Of a stretch of 64,000 nucleotides of DNA, positions 26,373 to 38,550 are shown piece after piece. Numbering within the stretch: position 1 is the first letter of the stretch; each line of letters starts with the position of its first letter. Location: positions 3,968,001 through 4,032,000 of the forward strand of contig OZ193910.1 of NCBI GenBank assembly GCA_964276515.1. Reading direction: 5' to 3'. Source of the stretch: Gordius albopunctatus (taxonomy: Eukaryota). Position numbers and translations under genes: made by a program. The notes beneath the pieces were generated by a model that worked only from the letters and a program-made list of their open reading frames with translations, searched no databases and had not been told where the DNA came from.

Positions 26373-29229
26373 AATATACGACAATGAACTCATTTGTGAT
26401 CGGGTCCATCTAATCTATTTATGCATCTCCTTTGCGATCGTTTAGATTTTGTTTAGCCATTCGTTCTTACATAGAGAGCAAATCATCGGGAAATTGGCTA
26501 GGTCTGGTGGTTTACTTAAACGAAATGATGACACTCAATGATAACACTACCGCAATAAGCAAATATGTAATACAGGACGTGGGTAGATCATAACATAATT
26601 ACCATTATATTGATTATTGGGAATATGGATTAATTGGAAAGAAATATCCTTGCGTCTTCAAGTCTTTATTTATTTCATTATATGAAAAATAATGGAAACT
26701 ATTTTAAAGTATCACATTGCAATGCCTCGATGGCACGAAATCGAAAAATTGTAAAAATGCTTGATGTCCTTAATAAAGGCATTTCGGTTATGCAAATATT
26801 TTGTAATATTAGAGATATTCGAGTCAATATGATAGAAATAATGGTGGCTTGCACTAAGAACTCTCTAAACTTCCAAAGAGGCGCTATATGTAGGTACTAA
26901 TGTATCTTTATCAAAAGTCAATATACACCCAAACCTATTTCCAAATTTAGATTTAAATGAAAGATACGGATTTTTTAGTTGGCTTTAGTTACCTTTATGG
27001 TGTATACCTATTCATTTTTACAATTTTTTTTGAATATGCTACTAATGTGTCTCATGCAAAATAAGCTCTCAAAAGTTATGTCTAAAACATAAGAACTCAT
27101 CGACTTTTATAATATTATTATTATATAGCTAGGACTCTTCAGTTCTTCCATTGAACATATTGGCTCATTTGTTATAAAAATTTAACATTTATTAGCTAAG
27201 TTTGGATAAATTGGCTGATTAGTAAATATAGAGAGTGGATCGATAACAGGGTCCACCCCAAGTTAATATCAAATAGCATCCAATGCATCCGTGGCGTAAA
27301 TGAGGGGGAAGGGGACGGGAAATCCCCCCGGCAAAAATTTGAAAATTTTTTTCCATTAATAAATTAAATTAAATCGGTTAAAATATTAGTTTGGCTACAT
27401 CAAAGACTTTAATACACTTATAAAAACTTAGAAACATAATATATATACATTTAATTTTAATTTAATTTTTGACAAAATGCATTGTAAAATTTCCCAATAT
27501 GATTGTGAAAATTGTTATGGAAAAAAATCTGTTTGAACATTTATTTCACGTAAAAACAGCATACAGCCCAAGGAAGTAGATAACTAAGCGATTATTATAA
27601 TGTTCCTCATTCTATGTAATACTAGAAATTCGAGTTTTTATTAGTTATATAAAAAGGTAACTAAAATCTCTATTCCTTCGTAATTTTTAATTTCTTTATT
27701 AAAAAATAATATCTATTTTGAATCATATTTTTATATTTAAATGATAAGTCGTTTTATAAATAAATGGGTTAGCTTTTATTTTTAGATATGTAATTTCATT
27801 ATAGTGCAAAAAACATAAATAAAATATTCGTTTTTTTATTAATTCAAAATTATTAAAGGGATTTTATACGAGTTAATTGGGGCAGGTTCATAAAAAAGTT
27901 TTGAACAATTTTGTTACGTTTGGTAGGGATTTTCTAAGGATCATAAAGATTTGGCATATCTTTACATTATATTAATGGGATTATAACATTTTATAATATT
28001 TTCTAGGAATCTTAAATGAACTTTCTTCCTTGGTAAAAACTTTAAACCGAATTTTAAATAGTTTATAATATGTAGTTGTTAACAGATACTATTCCTCTCT
28101 ACCAAAAGAGCTATAGGTAAAACTTCTCATAAAGTGGAGTTACTGCCATCTATACTAAGATAAAATTATAAATGTTATCTTTTATTGATTAGAAATAAAG
28201 GAAAAATAAAGAAGTTGTCATTATATAGCGAATAGCGTAAGAATATTGAATGTACTTGTTAAAAATAACGAAAGTTAATATTTGAATCTACAAACTTCAA
28301 TAATGTTTGATTAAATCATATCGTCTAAAAACTAACAGCGAAATACTAAAATAATTGTGCGTGCAAGCGTGGAAAAATTAAGGAGATAGTTAAATAGTGC
28401 TAGTGTATTAAAAGGGTGGGCCACATCACTATCAACTTGAAAACCAAAGTTTTAATAAAATTTTATATTGTTTTTACATGTTCAAACATATACTTTTGTA
28501 CAGGGATAAACCATAGTCGTAGTCAGTTTTTGGATTAGTTGGGGGGGTGCGAAATTAAAAGTATAATTAGTAGGGGGGAGGGGGAAACATTGCAAATTTG
28601 TAATTTCTAAGGGTTTTTGCTTTGAAAATTTTTTTCTGACATTTAGGGTTCTCTGGCTATAGTGTTTCGATCTCGTCTCGTCTCGGTCTCGAAAACAAAA
28701 TCTCGTCTCGGCAGAGCGATTATGAAAATCTCGATCTCGTCTCGTCTCGACTTTTTAAAAAAAATATATACGGAATAAAAATTTCTCCTGTTTTATTAAA
28801 AATATTAAATAAGTTTTAAAAATTAAAATGGCAAATTTTTTTATTTTTTGATAAACTTTAATACACAAACTTTTTAAAGATTTAGTGGGACACGACATCT
28901 CATTGTCAATATAAAGATATGAATTCATTCAAAAAAATAACATTTTCTATGGAAAGTGCAGACTAAAAAACTATAAATAAATTTGAAGTATAGAAAATTA
29001 AATTTTATTGTTCTAGTAAATTATAACGTTTGTATCAAATCACCGTGTTTGTCAACTATATAGACTTAGAAAATAATAATTTCGGTTATAGTTGACTTAG
29101 TTGCACAATTTAGCAAATTGAGACCCTTTATTAACCCTGGCTAAAGCTTCAAAGTAGACCTTAACATATTTAAGGCAAACATTTAAGTCCATTAGTACCA
29201 TGATTAATTATAACCCATAGTGTTTATTG

Positions 29230-30281
29230 TAGTGCTGTAAGTGAACGCGTTCAAATTTTATGAACGCGTTCATGAACGGCGTTCTTTTATTTTTTGGTGA
29301 ACTTTGAACGTTAACGCGTTCCTTTTTTGATGAAAGCGTTCAAATTTAATGTTCGTTCAATTTTAAAAAATCCTTTTTTGTTTTTATTTTTTTTTAAAAT
29401 TAATGTCAATTCAAATTTTTAACAAAAAAGTATTATATTTTTTAATCAGCTGTTTTTCCTGTTTCCTTTTACCAATTCCGAAATACTTTTAACATACTAT
29501 AACGTGCAAAAGAAGATAAGATTAAAGTTAATTAGTTTGATATTATTAATTATAGTTTAATTTATAGGTTAATATGGACAATCATAATATTATATCGTCG
29601 TCATCTTCAGATTCTGAATATTCAAAATCAGCAGATGAATTGAAATTGCCATGGCCAAAATATGAAAAATATTTTTCACTCGTTTCATATAAAAGATCAA
29701 ATTCAATAATTAAAATGAACCTATAAAGAATAAACTTTTAGTGTTATTGAAAAAAGGGATTGAAACCCCTAGAATTGATAATGAAAGAGCTGTCCATTCC
29801 GAGATATCATTTTTTGGCGAGGAAGTAGAGGGCGCATTGGAGGACGATATCTTGTCGCAATTTTTTGAAGCGAGAGACAAAACATTAAAAGTTTTTAATA
29901 AATTTCCTCCTTTAAAAAATTTGTTTATTAAGTATAATACTCCAATCCCTTCATCTGCCCCTGTGGAGCAGGTTTTTAGTATAGCTAATGCTATATTAAC
30001 TGCCAAGCGTTCCTGCTTATCAGAAGACAATTTTGAAAAACAATTATTATTAAAATTAAATAAGAAAATAGATTATATTGACTTATAATTATATTGTCGA
30101 AATAAAACTATTATTTTTTATCATGGCTATTTATTGTATTAAAAAATATAAGACATTTATTTATATTAAATTAAACTTTAAAAAAATGTATCATAAAATT
30201 TTGAACGAACATGAACGCGTTCCTTTTCTTTTTAGACGAACGCGAACGCGTTCGATTTTTTTACAAATGTTTACAGCACTA
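29230..30281 (+). mobile_element. Internally deleted hAT transposon with C-terminal dimerisation domain
   Basis: TIR TAGTGCTGTAA/TTACAGCACTA; perfect TSD GTTTATTG; GAACGCGTTC repeats; short N-terminal remnant (PWPKYEKYF) abutting ORF 29741-30088. Confidence 0.9.
29741..30088 (+). pseudogene. hAT transposase C-terminal dimerisation-domain fragment
   Basis: FPPLKNLFIKYNTPIPSSAPVEQVFSIA...KRSCLSEDNFEKQLLL matches the hAT dimerisation motif (P.SSA.VER.FS...R..L). Confidence 0.85.
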
Positions 30282-30455
30282 GTTTATTGCATGTTTACTA
30301 TAGCGTTATAAACCACAATGTATGAGTGACTTTTAATGGATAATATTATTATTCACAGAATTGATAACTAGATGCACATATAAAAACGGGTAGAAACAAC
30401 AATAAAAGCATCATTATTATAGGATTAGGAATATGAGGTTTTAAACTCTAAATTA

Positions 30456-30735
30456 GGGCTTGTCTTAATATCGGATTTTGCTGCGCAACAAAAATCGTTG
30501 TACGGGTTATAACAAGGCCGTGTCTAAACTTCGAATTCACAGCAGATTTACATGTAAGACGCATAATATAACAGCGATTAATCTCAAGAGTTGAAATAAA
30601 TAAAAAAACGGATTTAACTATCAAAAAACTAAATATTAATAATTACAATCGAGTTTGACACGTTAAATTGAACCGGATATTTGATAAAGATAAATTCGCG
30701 CCTTTTGAATCTGAATCCGATATTAAGACAAGCCC
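30456..30735. mobile_element. PIF/Harbinger (Tourist-like) MITE
   Basis: TIR GGGCTTGTCTTAATATCGGATT; 3-bp TSD TTA. Confidence 0.85.
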
Positions 30736-32624
30736 TTACACGTATTTAAATTTATGACAAAATCATTAAAATCAAATTTATATTCAAAAAAATTATCTTC
30801 CAATTCTAACTAACTTTGACATTAAATAGAAACTTCTAGAAAACTCATGCTTTAGATTTAATCTATTGCGGTGTCATAATCTATTGTACTTTTGAAATCG
30901 TTAAGCGAATGCTAAAAAATCTCGAGCCACCTTAGCTTAACTAGTTTAATTATTCAAACCGATTGACCACCAGTTTATAATTACCGCATTATGCAGGATG
31001 AATAACTGCGAAATATAAATATGCTTTGTTTATATTTACTATTCAATCAGAACTCATTCTAAGCCTATAATTTTGTAATATTTAATAATGCTATGGATTT
31101 AAATATGTGATAAAGATATTATAAAATTATTCACATACCCTAAGGGTCAACCATACTATGGAAATCCTGCAAAAAATATAATACTTACAGGAATTTTTTT
31201 AATGTCAAATATATTCCATACGTATTAATTTAAATTTAATACCTTAAATGTAAATCATGCAAATTAAAATACACAATAATTTACTAAAATATAACGATAA
31301 AAAAGTCGAGATCTCGCCGATAAAATCTCGTCTCGTCTCGACATCAAAATTCTCGTCTCGATTTCGACTCTATCTTTTGAATTCTCGTCTCGTCTCGGTT
31401 TTTCTAGACGAGACGAGACCGAGATTTTTCTCGGTTTTTCCGCATCACTACCTGGCTGAGCCCATGGATAAACTGTTAATGACAAACTTAACCTCGCAGC
31501 ATTCTGTTCAGGGGCATACCTAGGATTTAAATTAAGGGGGAATGGTGATGGTAGTAATGATATGCGATGGGGAAAATTAATGTTTTTTTTTGTAATTTCA
31601 ACAACCAATTTGTGGATTTAATGACTCATCCCCCCCCATGGGCTACGCTTATTTTTGTTAACACCATTCATGAACAAGGTTTAAAATTTACGATGACTAA
31701 TCTAGGAACAAAATTTGTCTTCAGTAAACTTTTTAAATTGGATATCAATTTTAACGGTATTTCCTAAAATGCATTTTGATTTATAGCGTAAAGAAAATAT
31801 AATATAGATGGTACTATAATACTAATGCTACTTTTAACGATAACCTATTAACTCCTGAAATATAAAGATGTTCTATACAATTTCTACTACTTCGAATGTA
31901 GTATAAATTAATTTTTTTATTAACATAAGTTTGACTTTTTGTAGGGCTTTTATTAGCTTGATATATAAATAAGAAGATAAAAATATTACTTTATGTGAAA
32001 TTTCAGTATAATTACGCTTTAATTACGACATATGCCTCTAACGACTCATTTTTTTCTCTGATGACATATCAAACTTGAAAAATATAAAATAAACACTAAA
32101 GCGCAGGAAAATCCGATGTCGAAAAAAAGGTTAAAAAATAGGTGTTTTTGAAAATCTCAATTTAGAACGTTAGCCTGCCCTCAGCGAGCTCGAATTTTTG
32201 GTTGTTTAATTTTTATTTTTAATGACAAATAAAATGGAAAAAAATTTTTTGCCAGCTTCCCCCCCCATCGAGAAAATCCTGGCTACGCGGCTGCAATGCA
32301 TGCAAATGTTTATACACTTATAAACAGATAGCGTTAATTAGCTAGGTCGACTCTAGTAACAATTAGGTAGATATTGGGAGCTGAAATAGTTGTTAATGTC
32401 TAACTTCAAAAACTTCCAAGAATAGTTCACACAAAATTGTTTCATATTAAGACATTAATTGTCACTACTTTAAGCCAATAAATAAAAAACTATTTTAATC
32501 CTTATCAAAATAATGTTAACTTATATAGAAGGTCTCTCAATTAAGTATAAATGACCTGTTGGTAGTGTGTTCAATAATGCCTGCACTTTGTACTTAGTTT
32601 TGGCATCTATGCAGTTTATATGAT

Positions 32625-34290
32625 GTCTTCTCCTCTATCAGTTATTTGGTCCCACAGCCGTGAGGTTTGTTTTGATAAGTTTCTTCCATCTTGACCGGGT
32701 GAGTGCCATGTCTTGAGTAATCTCTTTAGTTTCCATAACTTTATCCACTTGCCCTTTCCACGTGACATGGGGTCGTCCTCTTCCTCTCTTCCCCGGTACC
32801 TCCATGTCCAGTACTTTTCGATTTAAGTCATCCGTATCCCTCCTTAGTATATGCCCATACCACCTTAGCCGATTTTCGTTAATCATGTCCGCCATAGATT
32901 GAATACCCATTTTTGTCATGAGAAAGTCATTCGTCATATGGTCGAGCTTAGTATACCCCAAGCTCCACCCTATCATTCTCATCTCTGTGGCTTGTAATAG
33001 CTTTAATTCGGTGGCGTTTAATGCCCATGTTTCACTTCCATAGAGTAACACCGGTCTTACGATGGATTTGTAAGCTTTGCTCTTTAACCATATTGGCATT
33101 TTCTTGTCGCACATCACACCGGATATACTTCGCCATTAAAGCCATCCTTTTTGGATGCGGGTATTGACTTCCGTTGCGCAACCTCTCTCTTGATGTTAAA
33201 TCGAGCCGAGGTATGTAAACCTGTCTACTTTTGGGTACTTTAGATCCAGCGATGGGCTGCCTGTAAGGTTTATTTCCATGCATACCGTTTTTCGAAAGTT
33301 GACCTTTAAACCATATCGATCTAAGCGCTTTGACCATTTTTCGGCTTATTCGGATACTTTCTCCCTTGTTTCTTCGCATAGTACTATATCATCGGCGTAT
33401 AACATACACCATGGCGATGGCTTTTGAATGTCTCTTGTATTAAATAAAAAGGGACTTAAAGCAGACCCTTGATGTAATCCAATTTCAACCCGAAAAGGTT
33501 TAGTTCACTCTAAGGCAAGAATTTGAGGCTTCATATTTGTTTTCTCAGGCACCACCCTATTAAATCGCAAAGGACTGTGTCATAAGCCTTCTCCAGGTCG
33601 ATAAAGGCCATAAGAAGGTCTCTTCGTTACCATATTTATCCATCATTTGTCTTAGTGCGAAGATTGGGTCGATTGTGGATTTGCCGGCCACGAATCGTAA
33701 TTGGTTAACAGATATTTCCACCATGTTTTTCAGCCTTGTTACTAAGATCCTTTACATAAGATTTAAGGAGTGGCAAGTTAGCTTGATACCTCTGTAATTA
33801 CCACAGTCCTGATGGTCTACTTGGCTTTTAAATGTGCTTGCTCTCCATTGATTAGGAATTCGCTCTTCTACCAATATTTTGTTATACAGGTTCGTCATGG
33901 TGGGGACTCATTCTTCCCGGCACGCAAACAATGCTTCTATAGCTATTCCATCTGGGTTATTAGCTTTTCCTTTTTGCATCTTGTTCATTTGTAGAGTTGT
34001 TAAATTGCTAACTTTCTTCAAACTCCAGACGCGAGCACGCACAATGAGTTACTTAATATGCGCGTTAGCACAATATGTGCTCGCTGTTTGGTGCACTAGG
34101 CAGAGCAGTAGCATAAAAAAATGCTCGAGGGCCGAGCAGAAACTCGAGCAGATGGTAGCTGGAGTTGAAGAAAGTTAGCAATATAACAACTCTATTCATT
34201 TGTGTTCTAACTTCAACCTCCTCAAAGTATTCCACCATACTTATGATTAGCTCGATATCGGGAAGGAAGAATTCTTTGTGATTTGCAATA
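32625..34290 (-). mobile_element. Degenerate, 5'-truncated RTE-clade LINE
   Basis: Fragments [13 protein letters not shown] (33443-33481), MLYADD (~33388-33405) and C-terminal ORF 32638-33117, similar to the 41416-43590 ORF; frameshifts and deletions; decayed (AAG)n tail. Confidence 0.9.
33992..34194. mobile_element. 203-bp hAT-type MITE (family B), copy 2, inserted in the RTE
   Basis: Same element as 24358-24560 in opposite orientation; perfect TSD TTCATTTG. Confidence 0.9.
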
Positions 34291-35452
34291 TTCATAAGTT
34301 TTATTAAAAAATGTATAATAAGATGAATAGGATAATAACTTTAGTAATAAATGATATAGAGGGACGGGGATGGAAGTGAGTACAAAAATAGAGCATCAAC
34401 AATAAAACTGTTTTAAAATATATGTTTTTTCAACTCGGTTATGGTTCACAATATCAAAATATAGTAACATAGCATTAATTATATAAATTAATAAAGTAAG
34501 CAAGGGTCATCATTAATTTGCACGCAATTATTTAGCCAGTTTTGCCATTATCCGTTGTAAAGTAACATCCTAGACAAGTTTCCAAAAGTAATTGATATAT
34601 GTAGGGGTAATCAATCAGGGCAGGAAACAAAAATGGAATTGGGGTCGGGCGAGGTCAAAAAATTTAGCCAACCAGCTGTCATTAGCTAGTCTACATGCGA
34701 AAGCAAAATAAAGTCCTTTACAGAAGCATAATTTATAGCCATTAATAACACTCATAAGTTTATACATGATTTATTAAAAAATTTTAAGTCTTAAAAAAGT
34801 TAATTAACATTTTTATAATAATAATATTTAAAAAAGAAATCTTAGAAATCTTAGTAAATTCAAATGCACCTGCCAACACGAGTTTAAAATGTGAAATATA
34901 ATGAATGAATAACATAATGTGTTTTTTAAGGTTAGAAGATTTAGGAGCTAATACTATCATAAGCCATAAAAACTTTCATGATTTAATATATTAAGGTGTC
35001 ATAAAATACTCGAATTTGTTTTTGAAATTAATCGTTTGGTAGGCACAGATGTCGCTAAGGTGCTTAAAAATATCAAGCTAGCTTAACTTAATTTGGATAA
35101 TTATTAAAATTAATAAACCACCAATTTCATATTGCCACATCAGGACGGTTGAGAAATTGCGAAATTTAAAAATGCTTTAGTAATGTTTAATACACCATCA
35201 GAACTCAACTCATTCTAAAGTCTAAAATTTTGTAATATATAGCAATGAATACGTATTAAGTTATTCATAAAACTACAAAATCTTTAATTTTTTGCAAAAT
35301 TTTTAATCAGATAAAACGTTTTTTGCAACCCCTCTGATCGGATTCGAATTATATACTATATTATTTTAATGTACTGAACTAAGAACTGAAGTTAAACTGG
35401 TTCATTTTGTAAAATATAGCAATGAATACGTATGTGTTAAAAATATAATTAA

Positions 35453-36339
35453 ATAGCTGTGCCGGCCAAGCGTTGCTTTGGCTCAGTCCTTAAGTGGTTA
35501 AATAAGTATAACCTATTAATAAGACTTATTGAAATAATAATTCAAATAAATAAAATATCCATAATATTTATTTAGAGCACGAATTTTATCACGTCATGGA
35601 TTTTATGAACCCACTATTTTTAGTATATAAATAAGACAAACTAAATGCGAATTCTGTTTTAGTCATCAAATTCGACTAAAATTAAATGTTTTTGAAAAAA
35701 TTGCTGATCAATGCTGTTACTTATTATACAATAATACCATTATTTTATTTTTCTAGTTAGCTGATTTATTTGAAATACAATTTTCTTCAATATAATAAAA
35801 TAATTACTTGAAGGATGGATAATTATTAAAAATACGATCACGTGATAATAATTTAAATATTATTTATTTAATTTAAATAGTTTGTTAAAACCCCAATAAT
35901 TTTGACCGTAAACTGTAACATTTTTATTATACTTTTAAATATCTAATTCGAGAAAACTTCAGCCTTGTATGTATGACGTCATTATTGTATATGCTGCTAT
36001 AAATTAAACTGGCCTCGAAATGTCCGATATTTTTAAAACGAAAAGGTATTTTAGGAATCTGAAAAAGCTATTTTACCGCTGGCATCTCTGGGCATCTACG
36101 GCTTAATTTTCGCGCGAATCGGGCCGGTAGTTTTAGAATTAAGCTATTTTTTAAAACTAAAAGGCCCATATTTTTAAAACTAAAAGGAATTTTAGGATTC
36201 TGAAAAAGCTATTTTACCCCTGGCCGCCCTGGGCATCTACGGTTAAATTTTCGCGAGAATCGGGCCGGTATTTTTAGAATTTATCTCTTACATACATACA
36301 TACACACATACATATATGACTTTACTTTATATATATAGA
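35453..36339 (-). mobile_element. Non-autonomous Helitron
   Basis: Minus strand begins A|TCTATATATAT, carries a (TATG)n microsatellite, and ends with hairpin GCCAAAGC-AAC-GCTTGGC then CTAT|T; no TSD; internal ~140-bp tandem duplication at 36027-36280. Confidence 0.7.
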
Positions 36340-37515
36340 TTATTCATAAAACTACAAAAATTTTAATTTTTTGCCAAAATTTATAATATATAATACTACA
36401 CTTTGGTGCTTTTTTATTATTAAATATATTTCAACCATATTGATTTACATTTAATACCTTAATGAATAAAAACTAAATATAATTTACTAAGATTTAATAA
36501 TAATCATTATAAAATTAAGCCGAGATCTCCTCAAAAATCTCGTCTCGTCTCGTCGCGATCTCGGGTCATTTTTTCAATCTCTCGTCTCGTCTCGTTTCTG
36601 TTTTTCGAGACAAGACGAGACCGAGAATTTCCTTGGTTGTTCCGCACTTAGATTACATTTTTAAAAAGCTAGCATTATATTTAGGTAATTAAATATGTAT
36701 AGCTTCTAAATTAAAAGATTTTCAAGTTTTCGCTCTACCCTAGGGCAAATATGAAGAGGGAGGCTTTTAGAGGTGAAGGCTTTTTTAGCTATAAATCACA
36801 ATATTTTCACGAAACTAAATTATCTGTTAATCAAAGTTAAAGAACCATATCATGAATAAAATTCTTTAATCTTTAAAATTTAACGCCATGTCGAACGATC
36901 TTGCATAAACAGATTATACAATTCGATTGATACATTTTATATCTCTTACAAAAACATTATAATCGCAGTACTTTAATAACCCTATTTAAAAAGATAGCGA
37001 AAAGATTTTCTATCCATTTTTATACGTTAATATTCATCTACAAAGTGCTAAAATCTGGTTCATATATTTTTTAAAACTAAATAAAGTGTATTTATAACTC
37101 CAAATATATTTTCAATAAAAAGTAAACTTAAGGGCTAGTATATTTTAAAAACTCAAATAGTACTTTATTACATCTAGTGTGGGCAACTAAAATTTTTTAA
37201 AGCTTTCCTAATTGTTAAATATAAGAGGTCAATAAATGAAGTGGGGGTAAATTCTAAATCTCTTATGGTCTATTATTATTTGTTAAGCAAATCGTGATTT
37301 ATCATTAAATTTGTAAATGTGATTATTATGTTCGCAACGACATAAAGGCTTAAATACCATCAAATACAAAACATACAAGAAAAGAAATCAGATAAAGCAT
37401 AATATGAAATATCAATCTTCTCCAACTTATAACAACTTTGGTATCAATTGTTATATAAATCATCCGCCATAGCCTTCTCAATTCTCATTCTCCTTTTCAT
37501 TCATAAGCGCGTAAG

Positions 37516-38550
37516 CTAATATAAATGGGTAAGCTTGGATTTTTTAGAGAATCTTGATTTAAAGTCTTCTTTCAGTATGCTAACCCAGAGGATGCAGTAC
37601 ACAGTCATGGCACATATTTTGGCTGCATTTTGAATTCGATTTACCCATAAAGTATCATCGTAATAAACCGTAATAGTTATATCCGTCATGGCAATTATTT
37701 TCGTGATCAAATCGGTTATATACAAAGGATAAAATCCCAGAGTGTATATTAAAAATGTCTTGATGTAAGCTTCACTTTCTATGTAACCTTGGGCATCGGC
37801 ATTTTTGTTTAATTTAAACAACGTCCTTTTAGTCAAACCTATAACAGAAACCTCGTAAGCCGTTCCTTGAACACTGCGTTCGTTGGGGAAGGTGGGATGA
37901 TCTCTAATGCGATGTTTCTTTTTCCTAATCATAGCGAAATATTTGAAAGCCAAGGCTACAAGCATGATTGTCAAGGCAATTAATGGAATAATATTTAAGA
38001 CAATTATTCGAAGACAAACCATTGTAACTAAATTAATGTTTTTCCAGCCTTTTCTGGTAAGTGTGTAAACATTTCTCCGGGGGTGAATGGGTTTTACCGA
38101 ATACAATAAAATATTGTGCAAATGGAAAAAAAGAGTGATGAATATAACGCCTCCTTTTATGTACTTTATATTTGATTTAGAGGATGTTAAACTAAGGTAA
38201 GAAAAGGCAAAAGTGTCTGACACAATTGTCAACCCTGCCATGGCATTTATTATGAGATAGGCACAGTGAAGGCTTGGACTTAGATAGTGTCTCCATTTAG
38301 CAAAATAATACAAGTAATTGTACGGGTGGCTATAAGACGAGCCCCTATAAAGAGCTGCAACTTCTAAAATTGGACAGGTGAACAATAGCAATTGCAAGAT
38401 ATTCAAGTAATCCATTCGAATCCAAAGAAATAGAATATCTTTAATTACAACTTTTGATAATCTATTGGCAAAGTATATGTTCATACCCAACATTATGATT
38501 AATAAAGTTGGAAAAATGCAGAAATAAAATAGTATATCTAGGATTAACAT
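37516..38550 (-). CDS. Divergent intronless 7-transmembrane (class A GPCR-like) receptor
   Basis: 344-aa ORF with about seven hydrophobic segments, TM1 GxN, TM5 NIIP, TM6 FYP, basic ICL3 and helix-8-like EDFKSRF; DRY and NPxxY absent. Confidence 0.75.
   Translation of the reverse strand: MLILDILFYFCIFPTLLIIMLGMNIYFANRLSKVVIKDILFLWIRMDYLNILQLLLFTCPILEVAALYRGSSYSHPYNYLYYFAKWRHYLSPSLHCAYLIINAMAGLTIVSDTFAFSYLSLTSSKSNIKYIKGGVIFITLFFHLHNILLYSVKPIHPRRNVYTLTRKGWKNINLVTMVCLRIIVLNIIPLIALTIMLVALAFKYFAMIRKKKHRIRDHPTFPNERSVQGTAYEVSVIGLTKRTLFKLNKNADAQGYIESEAYIKTFLIYTLGFYPLYITDLITKIIAMTDITITVYYDDTLWVNRIQNAAKICAMTVYCILWVSILKEDFKSRFSKKSKLTHLY

Larger units (their letters stand above)
28660..31450. mobile_element. 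Non-autonomous hAT-like element with (TCTCG)n subterminal repeats, inserted in the TIR of a family-A MITE (28512-31466)
   Basis: TAGTG.../...CACTA ends; flanks TCTGGCTA/CCTGGCTG (6/8 match); its 3' part is homologous to ~34970-35260 and ~36400-36650. Confidence 0.7.
27289..32293 (-). mobile_element. Decayed large hAT element hosting nested insertions
   Basis: Perfect 8-bp TSD CAATGCAT at 27281-27288 and 32294-32301; imperfect TIR CCGTGGCGTA / TACGCGGCTG; minus-strand remnant FYLSIDGSN near 28140-28165 resembles the first catalytic Asp motif of hAT transposases. Confidence 0.65.

Noticed and set aside
28660..28760. Short TCTCG arrays and MITE copies as CRISPR-like repeats
   Set aside because: Eukaryotic DNA; irregular transposon subterminal repeats with no spacer periodicity or cas genes
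33879..34178. 99-aa plus-strand ORF
   Set aside because: Chimeric read-through of RTE antisense sequence and the inserted MITE
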